Positions 1-8,961 of a stretch of 64,000 nucleotides of DNA are shown piece after piece. The notes beneath the pieces are model-generated. The model did no database searches. It saw nothing but the letters and a program-made list of their open reading frames with translations, and had not been told where the DNA came from. The stretch is from Euryarchaeota archaeon UBA28 (GTDB lineage Archaea > Thermoplasmatota > Poseidoniia > Poseidoniales > Thalassarchaeaceae). The translations under genes were made by a program, and so were the position numbers. The first letter of the stretch is position 1; each line of letters opens with the position of its first letter. The stretch covers positions 36,871-100,870 of the forward strand of contig DANW01000026.1 in assembly GCA_002501605.1 (NCBI GenBank), read 5' to 3'.

Positions 1-151
1 CCATCGCGCCATCCTGTATTCTCCCTGTGATTGTAGCTACCGTCTTGTTCTCAATCTTTATTGAATCGACTTTCTTGTAAAGCATGAATGCGATAAGTAG
101 GCCAAATATTCCTACTCCCATCCCAATTGTTCCTAGTGTATCTCCTTCCAT
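1..151 (-). CDS. hppA: Membrane-bound proton/sodium-translocating pyrophosphatase, N-terminal fragment (gene runs off the window start)
   Basis: Not in the ORF track. The reverse complement from ATG (149-151) reads MEGDTLGTIGMGVGIFGLLIAFMLYKKVDSIKIENKTVATITGRIQDGAM. This is one TM helix followed by ..I.DGAM, resembling the conserved V-PPase N-terminus (..I.EGAMAFL). Only 50 aa are visible. Confidence 0.4.
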   Translation of the reverse strand, partial: MEGDTLGTIGMGVGIFGLLIAFMLYKKVDSIKIENKTVATITGRIQDGAM

Positions 152-229
152 ATGGTATCAACCCGTATCGAACCCGCGACAAAAGTCCTACTTATAATTC
201 AAGCCGTAAAATAACACAATTAGTGACAA

Positions 230-1183
230 CTATGACATATGTCTTTGTACGACATCGGCAAAAGCCTCCAGAACTCCAGCCCCATCGTGTTCTTTCTGGA
301 AGGAGAGCATCTCCGCTTCACTAATATGCCCCCACTCAAATGCTCTCTGAATTCTATGCCTAGCCGCCTCAGGATGGAACTGGACCCCCCATGCAGGCAT
401 CTTGCGTTGGTGTGAATCTACTACTCTTACTGCAGTAACAGGATTATGTTCGGCGGATCCTAGGAGAATACAATTTTCGGGGACTGTAATTACGTGATCC
501 TGATGAGAATACACTACTTCGGGGCCTCTACCACTCTGCCATCTAGACTCAAATAACTCATCTGACATGCCATCCTCGTTCAGTACCATCTCCCAGATAC
601 CACTTGACATTTTTTCTGCTCGAGTGACTTCCGAACCTAATGATTTGCATAGTAGCTGATGCCCAAAACAAATGCCCAGAGTTGGTGATCCAGAGGTTGC
701 TGCCACCCTCATTAGAGAAGATGCACTTTCCATCCACTCCTCCCACATTGTGACATTCCTTCTGGAGCCAGAACAAACTACAGCATCCATACCCAGATTA
801 CTCAACCATTGTGACATTCCTGCGTCATCCAAACCAAAAGGAAGGGCGATTCTGTAAAATGTGGCTATGTTACCTCCCATAGTCACTTTGCAACTCCTCC
901 AAAATTCGTATTCATCGTCCCATTCTGGAACATCGCTACGATCAAGGAAGAATAGTCCTTCATCTGCTGCTTTATCTCCAGATTCAAGTGACTGCATCTG
1001 AGGGGTTAAGAGAAAAACATCCACATTTCCAAACTCCGCGATTGGCTGTATGACTTCTTGATTCCCCCCGTGTCCGAACTCCGATCTTTCGACCAGAAGG
1101 TCCAGTAGTAGGACTCTGATGGTGCGACTCATAGCGCACGGAAGAAGCGATTGTTTGAAAGGCTCCCGCATGTACACAGACAC
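230..1183 (-). CDS. Class I glutamine amidotransferase (GuaA-like GATase1 domain protein)
   Basis: GICFGHQLL nucleophile-elbow motif and C-terminal WGVQFHPE motif. Alternative starts at 1171 or 1132 would leave more room for the divergent promoter. Confidence 0.8.
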   Translation of the reverse strand: MSVYMREPFKQSLLPCAMSRTIRVLLLDLLVERSEFGHGGNQEVIQPIAEFGNVDVFLLTPQMQSLESGDKAADEGLFFLDRSDVPEWDDEYEFWRSCKVTMGGNIATFYRIALPFGLDDAGMSQWLSNLGMDAVVCSGSRRNVTMWEEWMESASSLMRVAATSGSPTLGICFGHQLLCKSLGSEVTRAEKMSSGIWEMVLNEDGMSDELFESRWQSGRGPEVVYSHQDHVITVPENCILLGSAEHNPVTAVRVVDSHQRKMPAWGVQFHPEAARHRIQRAFEWGHISEAEMLSFQKEHDGAGVLEAFADVVQRHMS

Positions 1184-1191
1184 GAGCGGAC

Positions 1192-1470
1192 ATGGTCGAC
1201 AAGCAGATGATCCTTGATTCAGTAGGCCCTGTTCAGGCTGTCCTGGATGCTCATGATGGTGTTGTAAATGTCATTGATACAACAGGAGGGGTGATTTCGA
1301 TATCTCTTGAGGGCGGGTGTACTGGATGTAGTTCCACCCCTATGACTGCAATGCAAATTTATTACTCGTTGATGAAGCTGGAACAAGTAAATGACGTGAT
1401 TTTTGTAAACGGCGAGTTACCAGCCTACATGAGGGCGTTCATAGATGACAAAATTGGCGGGGAGACTTAG
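1192..1470 (+). CDS. NifU C-terminal-domain-like Fe-S cluster assembly protein
   Basis: 92 aa with DGGVVNVID...ISLEGGCTGCSSTPMT, the NifU-like CxxC scaffold motif. Confidence 0.75.
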   Translation: MVDKQMILDSVGPVQAVLDAHDGVVNVIDTTGGVISISLEGGCTGCSSTPMTAMQIYYSLMKLEQVNDVIFVNGELPAYMRAFIDDKIGGET

Positions 1471-1859
1471 TCCCGGTCTTTCCTCATCTTCATTATTTCG
1501 TGAGGGTTGGTTTCTCCTTGAACATCCTTGCCCTTCAGACTCATTGATGCAGATATCGCCACGACGACTGCCACTAATGCCATGGGTAGTGCAACATTTC
1601 CTGACCCCCATAATTCACCTCCCATAAAATTAAACACGACTAATAGTAGGGCGGCAATTACACAGAGTGAAGCTATTGCTCTCTGTGCAAAAATCTCCCC
1701 TCTGACACTCCTCGAGAAGGTTCCTATTGACATCCAAAGGATGACGGATAATCCACACATGGTTAGAGAAATTGTCTCAACGATTCCAACGAACACCTCT
1801 GCCATGTACGTCCTAAAGCGCCAATACTTGTGAGGGTTGGGGGAGTTTGTTTTCTGCAT
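1467..1859 (-). CDS. Hypothetical integral membrane protein
   Basis: 130 aa with 3-4 hydrophobic helices. It is more protein-like than the overlapping + strand ORF 1528-1833. Confidence 0.5.
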   Translation of the reverse strand: MQKTNSPNPHKYWRFRTYMAEVFVGIVETISLTMCGLSVILWMSIGTFSRSVRGEIFAQRAIASLCVIAALLLVVFNFMGGELWGSGNVALPMALVAVVVAISASMSLKGKDVQGETNPHEIMKMRKDRD

Positions 1860-1904
1860 GGAACATAACGAACCTTCAACAAAGGTGAGCTTTTACATCG
1901 CAAC

Positions 1905-2117
1905 ATGGGTGTGATACGCGGACTAACTCTTGCTATGGTCGCTATTCTTCCGGCATTCATACTGGGCTTCATAGCTTATCTTCTGACTGGCGGAGGGACC
2001 TCTGACACGACAGAGTGGAAAACATGGATGTATCTCCCATGTTATGGAGTCCCTCTGTTTTGCCTAGTTGTAGCATTCATATTTGGCATGAAGTCAGGTA
2101 GGGTGGAAGATCAGTGA
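1905..2117 (+). CDS. Small hypothetical membrane protein
   Basis: 70 aa with two predicted TM helices. Its stop overlaps the nth start (4-nt ATGA-type junction). Confidence 0.45.
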   Translation: MGVIRGLTLAMVAILPAFILGFIAYLLTGGGTSDTTEWKTWMYLPCYGVPLFCLVVAFIFGMKSGRVEDQ

Positions 2118-2755
2118 GAAGATTGGATAAGGCCAACAAGATAGGTGAGCTGCTAGACTCCTTCTACCCCGAAACCCCCGTCCCACTCGATCACAAAGAC
2201 CCCTACACCCTACTGGTTGCAGTAATGTTATCTGCTCAGACCACGGATAAGAAGGTAAACGATGTCACACCCTTCCTTTTCAATATCGCAGATAGTCCAC
2301 AAAAAATGGCATTGATGGAGGTTGAAGAGATCCATTCGATAATCAGGGAAATAGGACTAGCTCCCACTAAGGCGAGAAATCTAAAGAAGATGGCACAACA
2401 AATCATCCAGTCCGGAGGAGAAATTCGTCCTGATTGGGAGTTTCTTGAGTCATTGGCAGGAGTTGGCCATAAAACAGCCGGTGTAGTAATGTCCCAAGCA
2501 TTCGGAATCCCCGCATTCCCCGTGGATACTCACATTCACAGACTAGCAGACAGATGGGGTCTTTCAAATGGCAAGAATGTCACCAAAACCGAACATGACC
2601 TAAAGAAGGTCTTCCCAGAAGATACTTGGAATCGGAGGCATCTTCAGATAATTTTCTTTGGAAGGGAGTATTGTCCTGCAAGAGGGCATGATCTGTCCAA
2701 TTGTCCGATATGTTCCTGGGCTTCCACCAAGAAGCGGATAAAAGAAGGTAGGTAG
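2114..2755 (+). CDS. nth: Endonuclease III (DNA glycosylase / AP lyase)
   Basis: HhH-GPD region (LESLAGVGHKTAGVVMSQAFG, PVDTHIHR) and a C-terminal 4Fe-4S loop, CPARGHDLSNCPIC. Confidence 0.9.
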   Translation: MRRLDKANKIGELLDSFYPETPVPLDHKDPYTLLVAVMLSAQTTDKKVNDVTPFLFNIADSPQKMALMEVEEIHSIIREIGLAPTKARNLKKMAQQIIQSGGEIRPDWEFLESLAGVGHKTAGVVMSQAFGIPAFPVDTHIHRLADRWGLSNGKNVTKTEHDLKKVFPEDTWNRRHLQIIFFGREYCPARGHDLSNCPICSWASTKKRIKEGR

Positions 2756-2759
2756 TAAA

Positions 2760-3335
2760 ATGTTGATTTTCAGAGGTAGAATAACATCTGTGGGATTTGA
2801 CAGTGGAAATTCAATTGTGATTGGAGACTGGAAGAAGTCTCCGCTTGGCGATTTTACAAATATCATGTGGTCAAAACCAGACGGTAAAAGGGTGCTACTC
2901 TCGCCATCACAGGAACACGCCGATTTCGTATCATCACTCTATTCGTTCGATGAGGTTTCAATTACCAATTTTGACACAAAACGCGAAAAACGTGGGATTA
3001 AGGTTTACACCGAGCAACTCTCGATTTCTGTATTCTGGGGATTACGATTCTTAATCCCAGTTCCAAGGCCATTGTGGTTTATCTCCAGCGTAGAGAATTT
3101 CTTTGGAAAAATGATTTTTGGTTCTTCTACTTACGGAATAGCTCGTGATGGAAGTAAAGAATGGTATTCGATCAGAGGGGCTTCAAGAGTTATTTCTGCC
3201 GAGGCGAGACTCTCAGGACAGGACTTGGGAATGATGACTCACACAGATTTTCCTAAGAAATTTGGATTCAGCAGTCCTCCGAAGATTCCAAGCAGTATCG
3301 AGGTGCATTCACATATCGATAGAGACAAGGTTTGA
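2760..3335 (+). CDS. Hypothetical protein
   Basis: 191-aa ORF filling the gap between nth and bcp on the same strand. No motif recognised. Confidence 0.5.
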   Translation: MLIFRGRITSVGFDSGNSIVIGDWKKSPLGDFTNIMWSKPDGKRVLLSPSQEHADFVSSLYSFDEVSITNFDTKREKRGIKVYTEQLSISVFWGLRFLIPVPRPLWFISSVENFFGKMIFGSSTYGIARDGSKEWYSIRGASRVISAEARLSGQDLGMMTHTDFPKKFGFSSPPKIPSSIEVHSHIDRDKV

Positions 3336-3360
3336 TGAACCCAATAGTGTAGTCGCGCCC

Positions 3361-3843
3361 ATGACTGAGGATATTACGTTGGCCGTGGGGGAAATTGCAC
3401 CAGAATTTGAGGCATTTTTGACTGATGGTTCCAAATTCGTACTTTCAGAAGCGCTGTCATCTGGGAAGGGAGTGATTCTGTACTTCTATCCTCGGGACAA
3501 TACTCCCGGATGCACCACACAGGCTTGTGATTTCAGGGATAACTTCGGGAGGATTTCTGATAATTCATGGATAGTTGTGGGAGTCTCAACAGATTCAGCA
3601 AAATCACATCAAAATTTCATCTCAAAGCATGAATTACCTTTCGACCTGATAGTGGACGAAGAAGCCGAGTTACATTCTCTTTATGGGACTTGGAGGGAGA
3701 AGAGTATGTACGGAAAAACATACATGGGCACTCTTAGGTCAACATTTGCCATATCCCCGGATGGGACCCTGGCGTGGGTGGGCTACAAGGTCAAAACAAA
3801 GGGGCATGTGGACCAAGTTTTGCAAGGTTTAGGGATAGAGTGA
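3361..3843 (+). CDS. bcp: Thiol peroxidase / peroxiredoxin, Bcp type
   Basis: YFYPRDNTPGCTTQACDFRD peroxiredoxin active site. The start is moved to ATG 3361 (MTEDITL..) because the 3262 extension overlaps the previous ORF. Confidence 0.9.
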   Translation: MTEDITLAVGEIAPEFEAFLTDGSKFVLSEALSSGKGVILYFYPRDNTPGCTTQACDFRDNFGRISDNSWIVVGVSTDSAKSHQNFISKHELPFDLIVDEEAELHSLYGTWREKSMYGKTYMGTLRSTFAISPDGTLAWVGYKVKTKGHVDQVLQGLGIE

Positions 3844-3847
3844 TATC

Positions 3848-4090
3848 TTGGAAGAAAATGACAAAAGGAATCTAGTCGAGCGATTTCTAAGGAGGTGTGT
3901 AACGTACGCCAATGAGTCCATAAGGAGGAAATCGGAAAGGGGCGTTAGTGAAGAAGAAATCGCAAAATGGGTGGTTTACAGGGACTTTACATTACATGCG
4001 GCAGATGAAGTAGCATCAGGCGATTTGGATTCATGGCTCGAGGACGGCCCTGTGGATTTCAAGCCAGGAAATCAAGACTCCGATAGCTGA
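3848..4090 (+). CDS. Hypothetical small acidic protein
   Basis: 80-aa ORF with a TTG start, 4 nt after bcp. No motif recognised. Confidence 0.35.
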   Translation: MEENDKRNLVERFLRRCVTYANESIRRKSERGVSEEEIAKWVVYRDFTLHAADEVASGDLDSWLEDGPVDFKPGNQDSDS

Positions 4091-4542
4091 TCGAAGCCCC
4101 CAATTCCCAATTCGTAATTTTTAGTATCAACTCTCATCATCGCTCCAGGTACCATCAGAAGCGAGTCATCTTCGTTAATTGCGAATGCGTATAGCCCCAA
4201 TCTCTCGGCCATTTCCTGAACCATCCTCTTGCATCTATCTCTTTGTGAGGGCATGTGTATGAGTGGCCCAAGATCTACTATGACCAAGCTACCTCTTGAG
4301 AGGGGAACAGATATCCCCTCCAAGGGAAGTCTATGCATCAAATCCGGTTTGACGTATATCACACTTCTTTCAGCCCCCGGAGTCAGCCTCCTTGTCATTT
4401 CTGACCATTTTTGATCTCCCAAATCTAAGTGTAAATCACCATCTTGGGGACCGGGGTCTGCAGTCGCCCTTTTCCTTCTTGTTTCAGAACTTCTGACCTT
4501 GGCAGGATCGGGAAGACCAAGCAGTCTGAACAGGTTCGCCAC
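4072..4542 (-). CDS. Possible SepF-like (DUF552) cell-division protein
   Basis: The C-terminal roughly 85 aa (IYVKPDLMHRLP..GSLVIVDLGPL..RMVQEMAERLGLYAFAINEDDSLLMVPG) follow the SepF pattern: strand, helix, strand, G-rich turn, then ..ll.P. The N-terminus is basic and disordered. Confidence 0.45.
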   Translation of the reverse strand: MANLFRLLGLPDPAKVRSSETRRKRATADPGPQDGDLHLDLGDQKWSEMTRRLTPGAERSVIYVKPDLMHRLPLEGISVPLSRGSLVIVDLGPLIHMPSQRDRCKRMVQEMAERLGLYAFAINEDDSLLMVPGAMMRVDTKNYELGIGGFDQLSES

Positions 4543-4557
4543 GGGTGGCCCTGGCCC

Positions 4558-7500
4558 CTACTCCTCAAAGAGTGCTTCGATATCTTCCTGACTTAGAGCA
4601 TCATCTACAGACAATGCCACTTCTTCCGAGGACTCGCCTTTTTCCTCAGATAATGTCGGAGCATCCCCCTCATTCATAGTATCCGAATCTTCAATGACAG
4701 ATTCAGATTCATGCTCCTCCGTGTCCATTTGGTTATCTGCATTGGATATATCTTGCGAGTCAACTTTTTCCGAATCTCGGTCGACCTTTTCGGGAACAGG
4801 CTCGAGGGTTTTTGATTTTGGGCCATCTCTCCTACTTTGTGAGTCAAATGGGTCATAATCTGGATCGTCAAAGGCATCATCAACTGAAACTTTCTTCAGA
4901 CTCTTAGTCTGGTCAATTCCTGATACTAATCCACTGTCCACAGGCGTTCTTCTGTTCTTGATCAACATGAAACCTCCTGAAAGTGCGATTAATACTACAA
5001 TAATCAATATCATACCATACGACGAGACGAACTCACTTAGGCTAAATGGCGCAGCTGACACAGTCAAAGTTAGAGTTGCCGAGGAACCTTGGCCTTCGTC
5101 TAACGCTGTCATACTAATCCCTCTGCTTCCAGAGCCAACAAACGACCATTCAATCCACTTTCCTTGAATATCAACATCGTTGGCCGCATCGCCATCACCA
5201 TCACTATCAACGGAGGTGTCCATGTCCCAATTATAGACCATATTCTCCATATCTAGGATGGAGTCACTGGTCCCATTAGCACTGAAGAAAACAATTTCCC
5301 CCTCTACTGGAGTAAATGTGCTCGCTGAAACTTTGGGAAAAGGATTGACATTTCTCACATCGATTGGAATTTCTATCATCGCGGAGCTTCCATCATCATC
5401 AGTGACGTGAAAAACAATCATGCTGGGTGAAGTCGTGGCGTCTGGCCATGCCATCTGGAGTGTTCTGGACTCAATATCACAGTCATCAGCCGCATTTCCA
5501 GAGCCATCAGAGTCAATCATCGGTTGTATGTCATAGCAATTCCGGAGTGTCAGCTGATCACCCGCTGTATCGATGGTATCAATCGTGATGGAAATCTCTG
5601 AATCTTCCGCCACAGGCAATGGGTCAGCAACCGGGCTAATCTGTGGCTCAAGGTTCACGATTTCGATAGGAATAATCAGTGATTCTGTACTTGCCCCGTC
5701 ATTATCTACCACCTGCAAGGTTGCGAGATGTAATCCGGAGGTATGATACGTATGCTGTACTGTACTTTTTCTACCCTCAAATGTAATGACCTGGTCTGGA
5801 TTATTTTCTGCGTCAGGACTCCAGAGATGTAAAAGAGAGGACAAGTCGTTTTCAGAGTCGTCAGCCATGCCTTCAAACATCAGTAAATCGCCTTCATTGG
5901 CAATGTAAACCCCCCTGCTATCAGGGACCATCCTATTTCCCTCCTTCCATACTTCTGCTCTAGGGTTCGTTGGTGCTATATTTCGAACTTCAACAGTTTT
6001 GTTTGAGTACCCAATATCCCCATCATCATCAATAGCTTCGACACTGATTGTGTATTCTCCTTCTTCCTCAGGTGTCACAGTGCAATATACTCCGACTTGC
6101 CCCTCCTGGCATGGGTAATCTGAAATCCACAGTATATCCATCGGCGCTTGTGGGTTTTGAGTATCTACATCGCTTCTTTCCTCGACGTTGAATTGCAATG
6201 GCGAAAGAACGTTAGTCCATTCATATTCGGAACCAATAGCAATCTCAGGAGGCCGGTTGATAATCTCAATAACGCCACCAATGATTGCTAAATCATTTTC
6301 ATTATCTGTGAATTCCATGACGATATCGAATATTCCATCGTCGTCCCACTCAAACTCGACAATACACTCCTCTCCCCCAGATATTTCGACTATCCCATCC
6401 TCATTCCCAACAAAGAAATTACATCCAATAAACTCCCCCCCGTCCGGGTCATATGAAGAACTAGCATCAAGAATCACAGCAGATTTTGTGAGAGATTGTG
6501 TTGGCATATCCAAGGTTGCCACAGGAAGTCTGCCTATCCACAAAGAAAATACTCCGTTATTGTTAGACCTGTCGCCATCGTCAGTTATTGACTCATTAGG
6601 GTCCACCTGGAAAGAAAGTGAAATTTGTCCTATTGGATAGGCATTAGGCACTGTCCAATTGACCTCCACAATGGCCTGCCCTAAGCTCGGAAGTGAGGGA
6701 ACATGGGCAGTCTGTACAGATCCATCAGGAGACTCCACATTCATTGTAGTCGCGGGGGAAGGCAGAAGCCCTCTATTCTGTATCGGCATGTAGAATCGCA
6801 ATGTATCCTGTGGAACAGCATTGAAGCCAGTAGAGGAAGCTAGGGTTGTGGTTGCTCCTCCCCTTGTCCTCTCAACAGTAACTCCCGCAGAAATAGCCAC
6901 TAAGTCAATAGCACTCACATTCGGGTCTATAGTGAGTGTCGATACTCCGACAATCTTCTGGGAGGGAATCCATGCAATTACTCCATGACTTCCTGCCTCG
7001 CTACCCCCTCGCGAGTCATCTACAGAATTTCCGGAGTTGAACTCCACATACGCCGTTCCGTTAGATGAGGTGGTCACAGTTCTAATATCCCCATCAATTC
7101 CATACCGGAACTCGACTTCTTGATTGGCGCCAGATAGTGCCGAACCATCTTGAGTCACAGTGAGTATAGCCGTCGTGTTTAGATCGAGCGGGGAAAGAGG
7201 AAATTCCAAATCAACTGATATTTCCTTGCTTCTCGATGCCTGATAAGTTTGAAGCTCATGAAATGCATTAATTCCGTCTATGATGTCAGTACTGGATGAC
7301 ACGTCACCTCTAACAGCAGGACAGAACCACCTAAATCCGTCAGCTGAACCATTAGCGTCGAAGGTCGTTACATTGTAGGATTGCTGACATTGTGCGTAAG
7401 GCGTTCCAGGAGCCCCCCTTGACATCACCTGCCAGCTCCTCACCTCGCTGGAATCTGAGTCTGCTGGGATGTCCACGAAATCGCTCGATCCTTCATAGTC

Positions 7501-8112
7501 TGTCTCTTGGTAATAGCTAGAGGTCCAATAGTCTCCAACAGTGAGTGGGAAGTCATACCCTTCAGTAGGAGGGGAATAAGTCTGAGTAATTGTCAACTCC
7601 GCGACATCTATGTTTATGGTCCACCAAAAAATCCTGTATCCGAAGTCAATCTCTATTGTCGCCTCCTGTTCGATTACGGCCAAGTCAGACGCACGAATCA
7701 GCTCAATTGTATCCATTTCTATCTCAAGGTCTCCATTATTGCCATCAAGATTGACATTCTGTGCCTCATAACTTCCTTGGGATTGGGCCTCGTACACTAA
7801 CGTTGATCGATTATCAATAGTAGTAGTGTAGATATCGGTAACTGTTCTATCCAATGTACCAGTCAGGTACTGGACATTTGTGGAAACTCCAGATGAACTA
7901 ACAAAGTCTCCGACATCTAGGTATCCATCATAAATCCACCTATCCCCTACTCGCCAGCTGGGTAAGTCAGCTATTACCGTATTCCTGTCCGACGAGCTTG
8001 ATACATTTTCATCAATTCCTACCTCGGCCAAATCTTCTGATGATATCACGAACACACATTGTGATATCAGTATCATTGCCATCAGTATGGCCGACGCGGT
8101 GGCTTTACCCAT
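4558..8112 (-). CDS. Giant envelope protein: signal peptide, multiple PKD/Ig-like repeats, C-terminal TM anchor and acidic cytoplasmic tail
   Basis: N-terminal MGKATASAILMAMILISQCVFV signal. PKD-type segments (VILDASSSYDPDGGEF, VFFSANGTSDS..YNWDMD, DDDGD/DNDG turns). A TM helix (YGMILIIVVLIALSGGFMLI) is followed by a roughly 150-aa D/E/S-rich tail. Start set at ATG 8112. Confidence 0.8.
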   Translation of the reverse strand: MGKATASAILMAMILISQCVFVISSEDLAEVGIDENVSSSSDRNTVIADLPSWRVGDRWIYDGYLDVGDFVSSSGVSTNVQYLTGTLDRTVTDIYTTTIDNRSTLVYEAQSQGSYEAQNVNLDGNNGDLEIEMDTIELIRASDLAVIEQEATIEIDFGYRIFWWTINIDVAELTITQTYSPPTEGYDFPLTVGDYWTSSYYQETDYEGSSDFVDIPADSDSSEVRSWQVMSRGAPGTPYAQCQQSYNVTTFDANGSADGFRWFCPAVRGDVSSSTDIIDGINAFHELQTYQASRSKEISVDLEFPLSPLDLNTTAILTVTQDGSALSGANQEVEFRYGIDGDIRTVTTSSNGTAYVEFNSGNSVDDSRGGSEAGSHGVIAWIPSQKIVGVSTLTIDPNVSAIDLVAISAGVTVERTRGGATTTLASSTGFNAVPQDTLRFYMPIQNRGLLPSPATTMNVESPDGSVQTAHVPSLPSLGQAIVEVNWTVPNAYPIGQISLSFQVDPNESITDDGDRSNNNGVFSLWIGRLPVATLDMPTQSLTKSAVILDASSSYDPDGGEFIGCNFFVGNEDGIVEISGGEECIVEFEWDDDGIFDIVMEFTDNENDLAIIGGVIEIINRPPEIAIGSEYEWTNVLSPLQFNVEERSDVDTQNPQAPMDILWISDYPCQEGQVGVYCTVTPEEEGEYTISVEAIDDDGDIGYSNKTVEVRNIAPTNPRAEVWKEGNRMVPDSRGVYIANEGDLLMFEGMADDSENDLSSLLHLWSPDAENNPDQVITFEGRKSTVQHTYHTSGLHLATLQVVDNDGASTESLIIPIEIVNLEPQISPVADPLPVAEDSEISITIDTIDTAGDQLTLRNCYDIQPMIDSDGSGNAADDCDIESRTLQMAWPDATTSPSMIVFHVTDDDGSSAMIEIPIDVRNVNPFPKVSASTFTPVEGEIVFFSANGTSDSILDMENMVYNWDMDTSVDSDGDGDAANDVDIQGKWIEWSFVGSGSRGISMTALDEGQGSSATLTLTVSAAPFSLSEFVSSYGMILIIVVLIALSGGFMLIKNRRTPVDSGLVSGIDQTKSLKKVSVDDAFDDPDYDPFDSQSRRDGPKSKTLEPVPEKVDRDSEKVDSQDISNADNQMDTEEHESESVIEDSDTMNEGDAPTLSEEKGESSEEVALSVDDALSQEDIEALFEE

Positions 8113-8162
8113 ACATCCCCTGTGGAGAAGGGGCAAATCAATGTGACTATCGACCGAGCTGA

Positions 8163-8891
8163 TCACATCGCTCGATAGTCGGGGAGGTCCGCAAGCTCAT
8201 CTTGGATGAATTGGACAGCCTCAAGAATCTGATCCTTTGCCCTTGCTCCCGTTATAACCATCTTACCACTTCCGAATATCAGACAAACTACTTTGGGGTA
8301 GTCCAGTCTGTAGATTAGTCCCGGGAACTGTTCTGGCTCGTACTCGACCTTGTCAAAAGGCAGATGGAATGTGAGATTATTCAGATTGAGTCTTCTCGGA
8401 AGAGCCGCTAATGGCTCTCCTTGTTTGATGCCCCTAATCCTTGGGTCTTCATTTTCAACCTCCTCATCAGTTGCCGCCCTAATCCCATCAGCGTCATCAA
8501 TGACTTTGGTGTTAATATCGTCCATCTTAGCTACTCCAGTGTAGTCTTCAGGGAAGAAAAGTGAGTAGGTAGCAACCATGTTCTGTACTTCTATATCGAC
8601 ATCAGCAACATCCCATGTAGAAATTCCTGCAGCTCTCAGATCCCCAATCATTCTCTCGATCCCCGTCTCGATATTTTGTTGGTTCTTACCTCCAGTGCAA
8701 ACAGCTCTGCCGGACCTGAACATAAGTATCGCCAGTTTTGGATCTACTACCCTGTAAACTACCCCAGGAAATTGTTCAGGCTCGTATTCACAATTTAGTT
8801 GAATTGCAATATCTGGGAGATCTAGCTCCTCGGCAACCCTGGTCGACGCTACAACATTCACTACAGTTAGGCGTTCTTCATCGCTTAGCAT
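8163..8891 (-). CDS. tbp: TATA-box binding protein with an internal insertion
   Basis: Two TBP repeats, each with EYEPEQFPG..YR...PK......SGK/R.V.TG. Start placed at ATG 8891 (MLSDEERL..); the track uses GTG 8903. Confidence 0.9.
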   Translation of the reverse strand: MLSDEERLTVVNVVASTRVAEELDLPDIAIQLNCEYEPEQFPGVVYRVVDPKLAILMFRSGRAVCTGGKNQQNIETGIERMIGDLRAAGISTWDVADVDIEVQNMVATYSLFFPEDYTGVAKMDDINTKVIDDADGIRAATDEEVENEDPRIRGIKQGEPLAALPRRLNLNNLTFHLPFDKVEYEPEQFPGLIYRLDYPKVVCLIFGSGKMVITGARAKDQILEAVQFIQDELADLPDYRAM

Positions 8892-8911
8892 GGGCCTGCG
8901 CACTATACTCG

Positions 8912-8921
8912 TCTTATAAAG
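8912..8921 (-). promoter_or_regulatory. Candidate TATA box of the tbp promoter
   Basis: The minus strand reads CCTTTATAAG, centred about 25 nt upstream of ATG 8891. This fits an archaeal TATA box with a leaderless or short-leader mRNA. Confidence 0.35.
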
Positions 8922-8961
8922 GATATCAGTAAGAAAAATTCATTTGACATCAAAATTACAA

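Noticed and set aside
1528-1833. + strand 101-aa ORF overlapping the minus-strand membrane protein at 1467-1859.
   Set aside because: Its translation is Thr/Ala/Pro-rich without structure, whereas the minus-strand product has clean TM helices and fits the surrounding gene packing.
3262-3360. N-terminal extension of the peroxiredoxin ORF overlapping the preceding hypothetical gene.
   Set aside because: The conserved Bcp sequence begins at MTEDITL (ATG 3361), and the extension has no homology-like features. Similar trimming was applied at 23222-23479 (overlaps ileS), 36521-36574, 52874-52936 (overlaps the L10e gene), 18579-18650 and 18626-18667.
6188-6640. Long antisense ORFs inside strongly supported genes. 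Examples are 6188-6640 (+) in the PKD giant, 56904-57449 (+) in gyrA and 42920-43375 (-) in citrate synthase. Others are 18884-19384 (-) in the BNR gene, 35231-35716 (-), 36595-36996 (-), 23617-24090 (-), 11446-11853 (-) and 16782-17162 (+).
   Set aside because: They have Ser/Pro/Leu-rich, low-complexity translations with no motifs. Each is fully embedded opposite a gene with clear family signatures, which is typical of shadow ORFs.
8113-8166. Apparent 4-nt overlap, and thus operon coupling, between tbp and the giant envelope gene.
   Set aside because: This is an artefact of the maximal ORF. The signal peptide starts at ATG 8112, leaving a 50-bp gap, so coupling is not supported.
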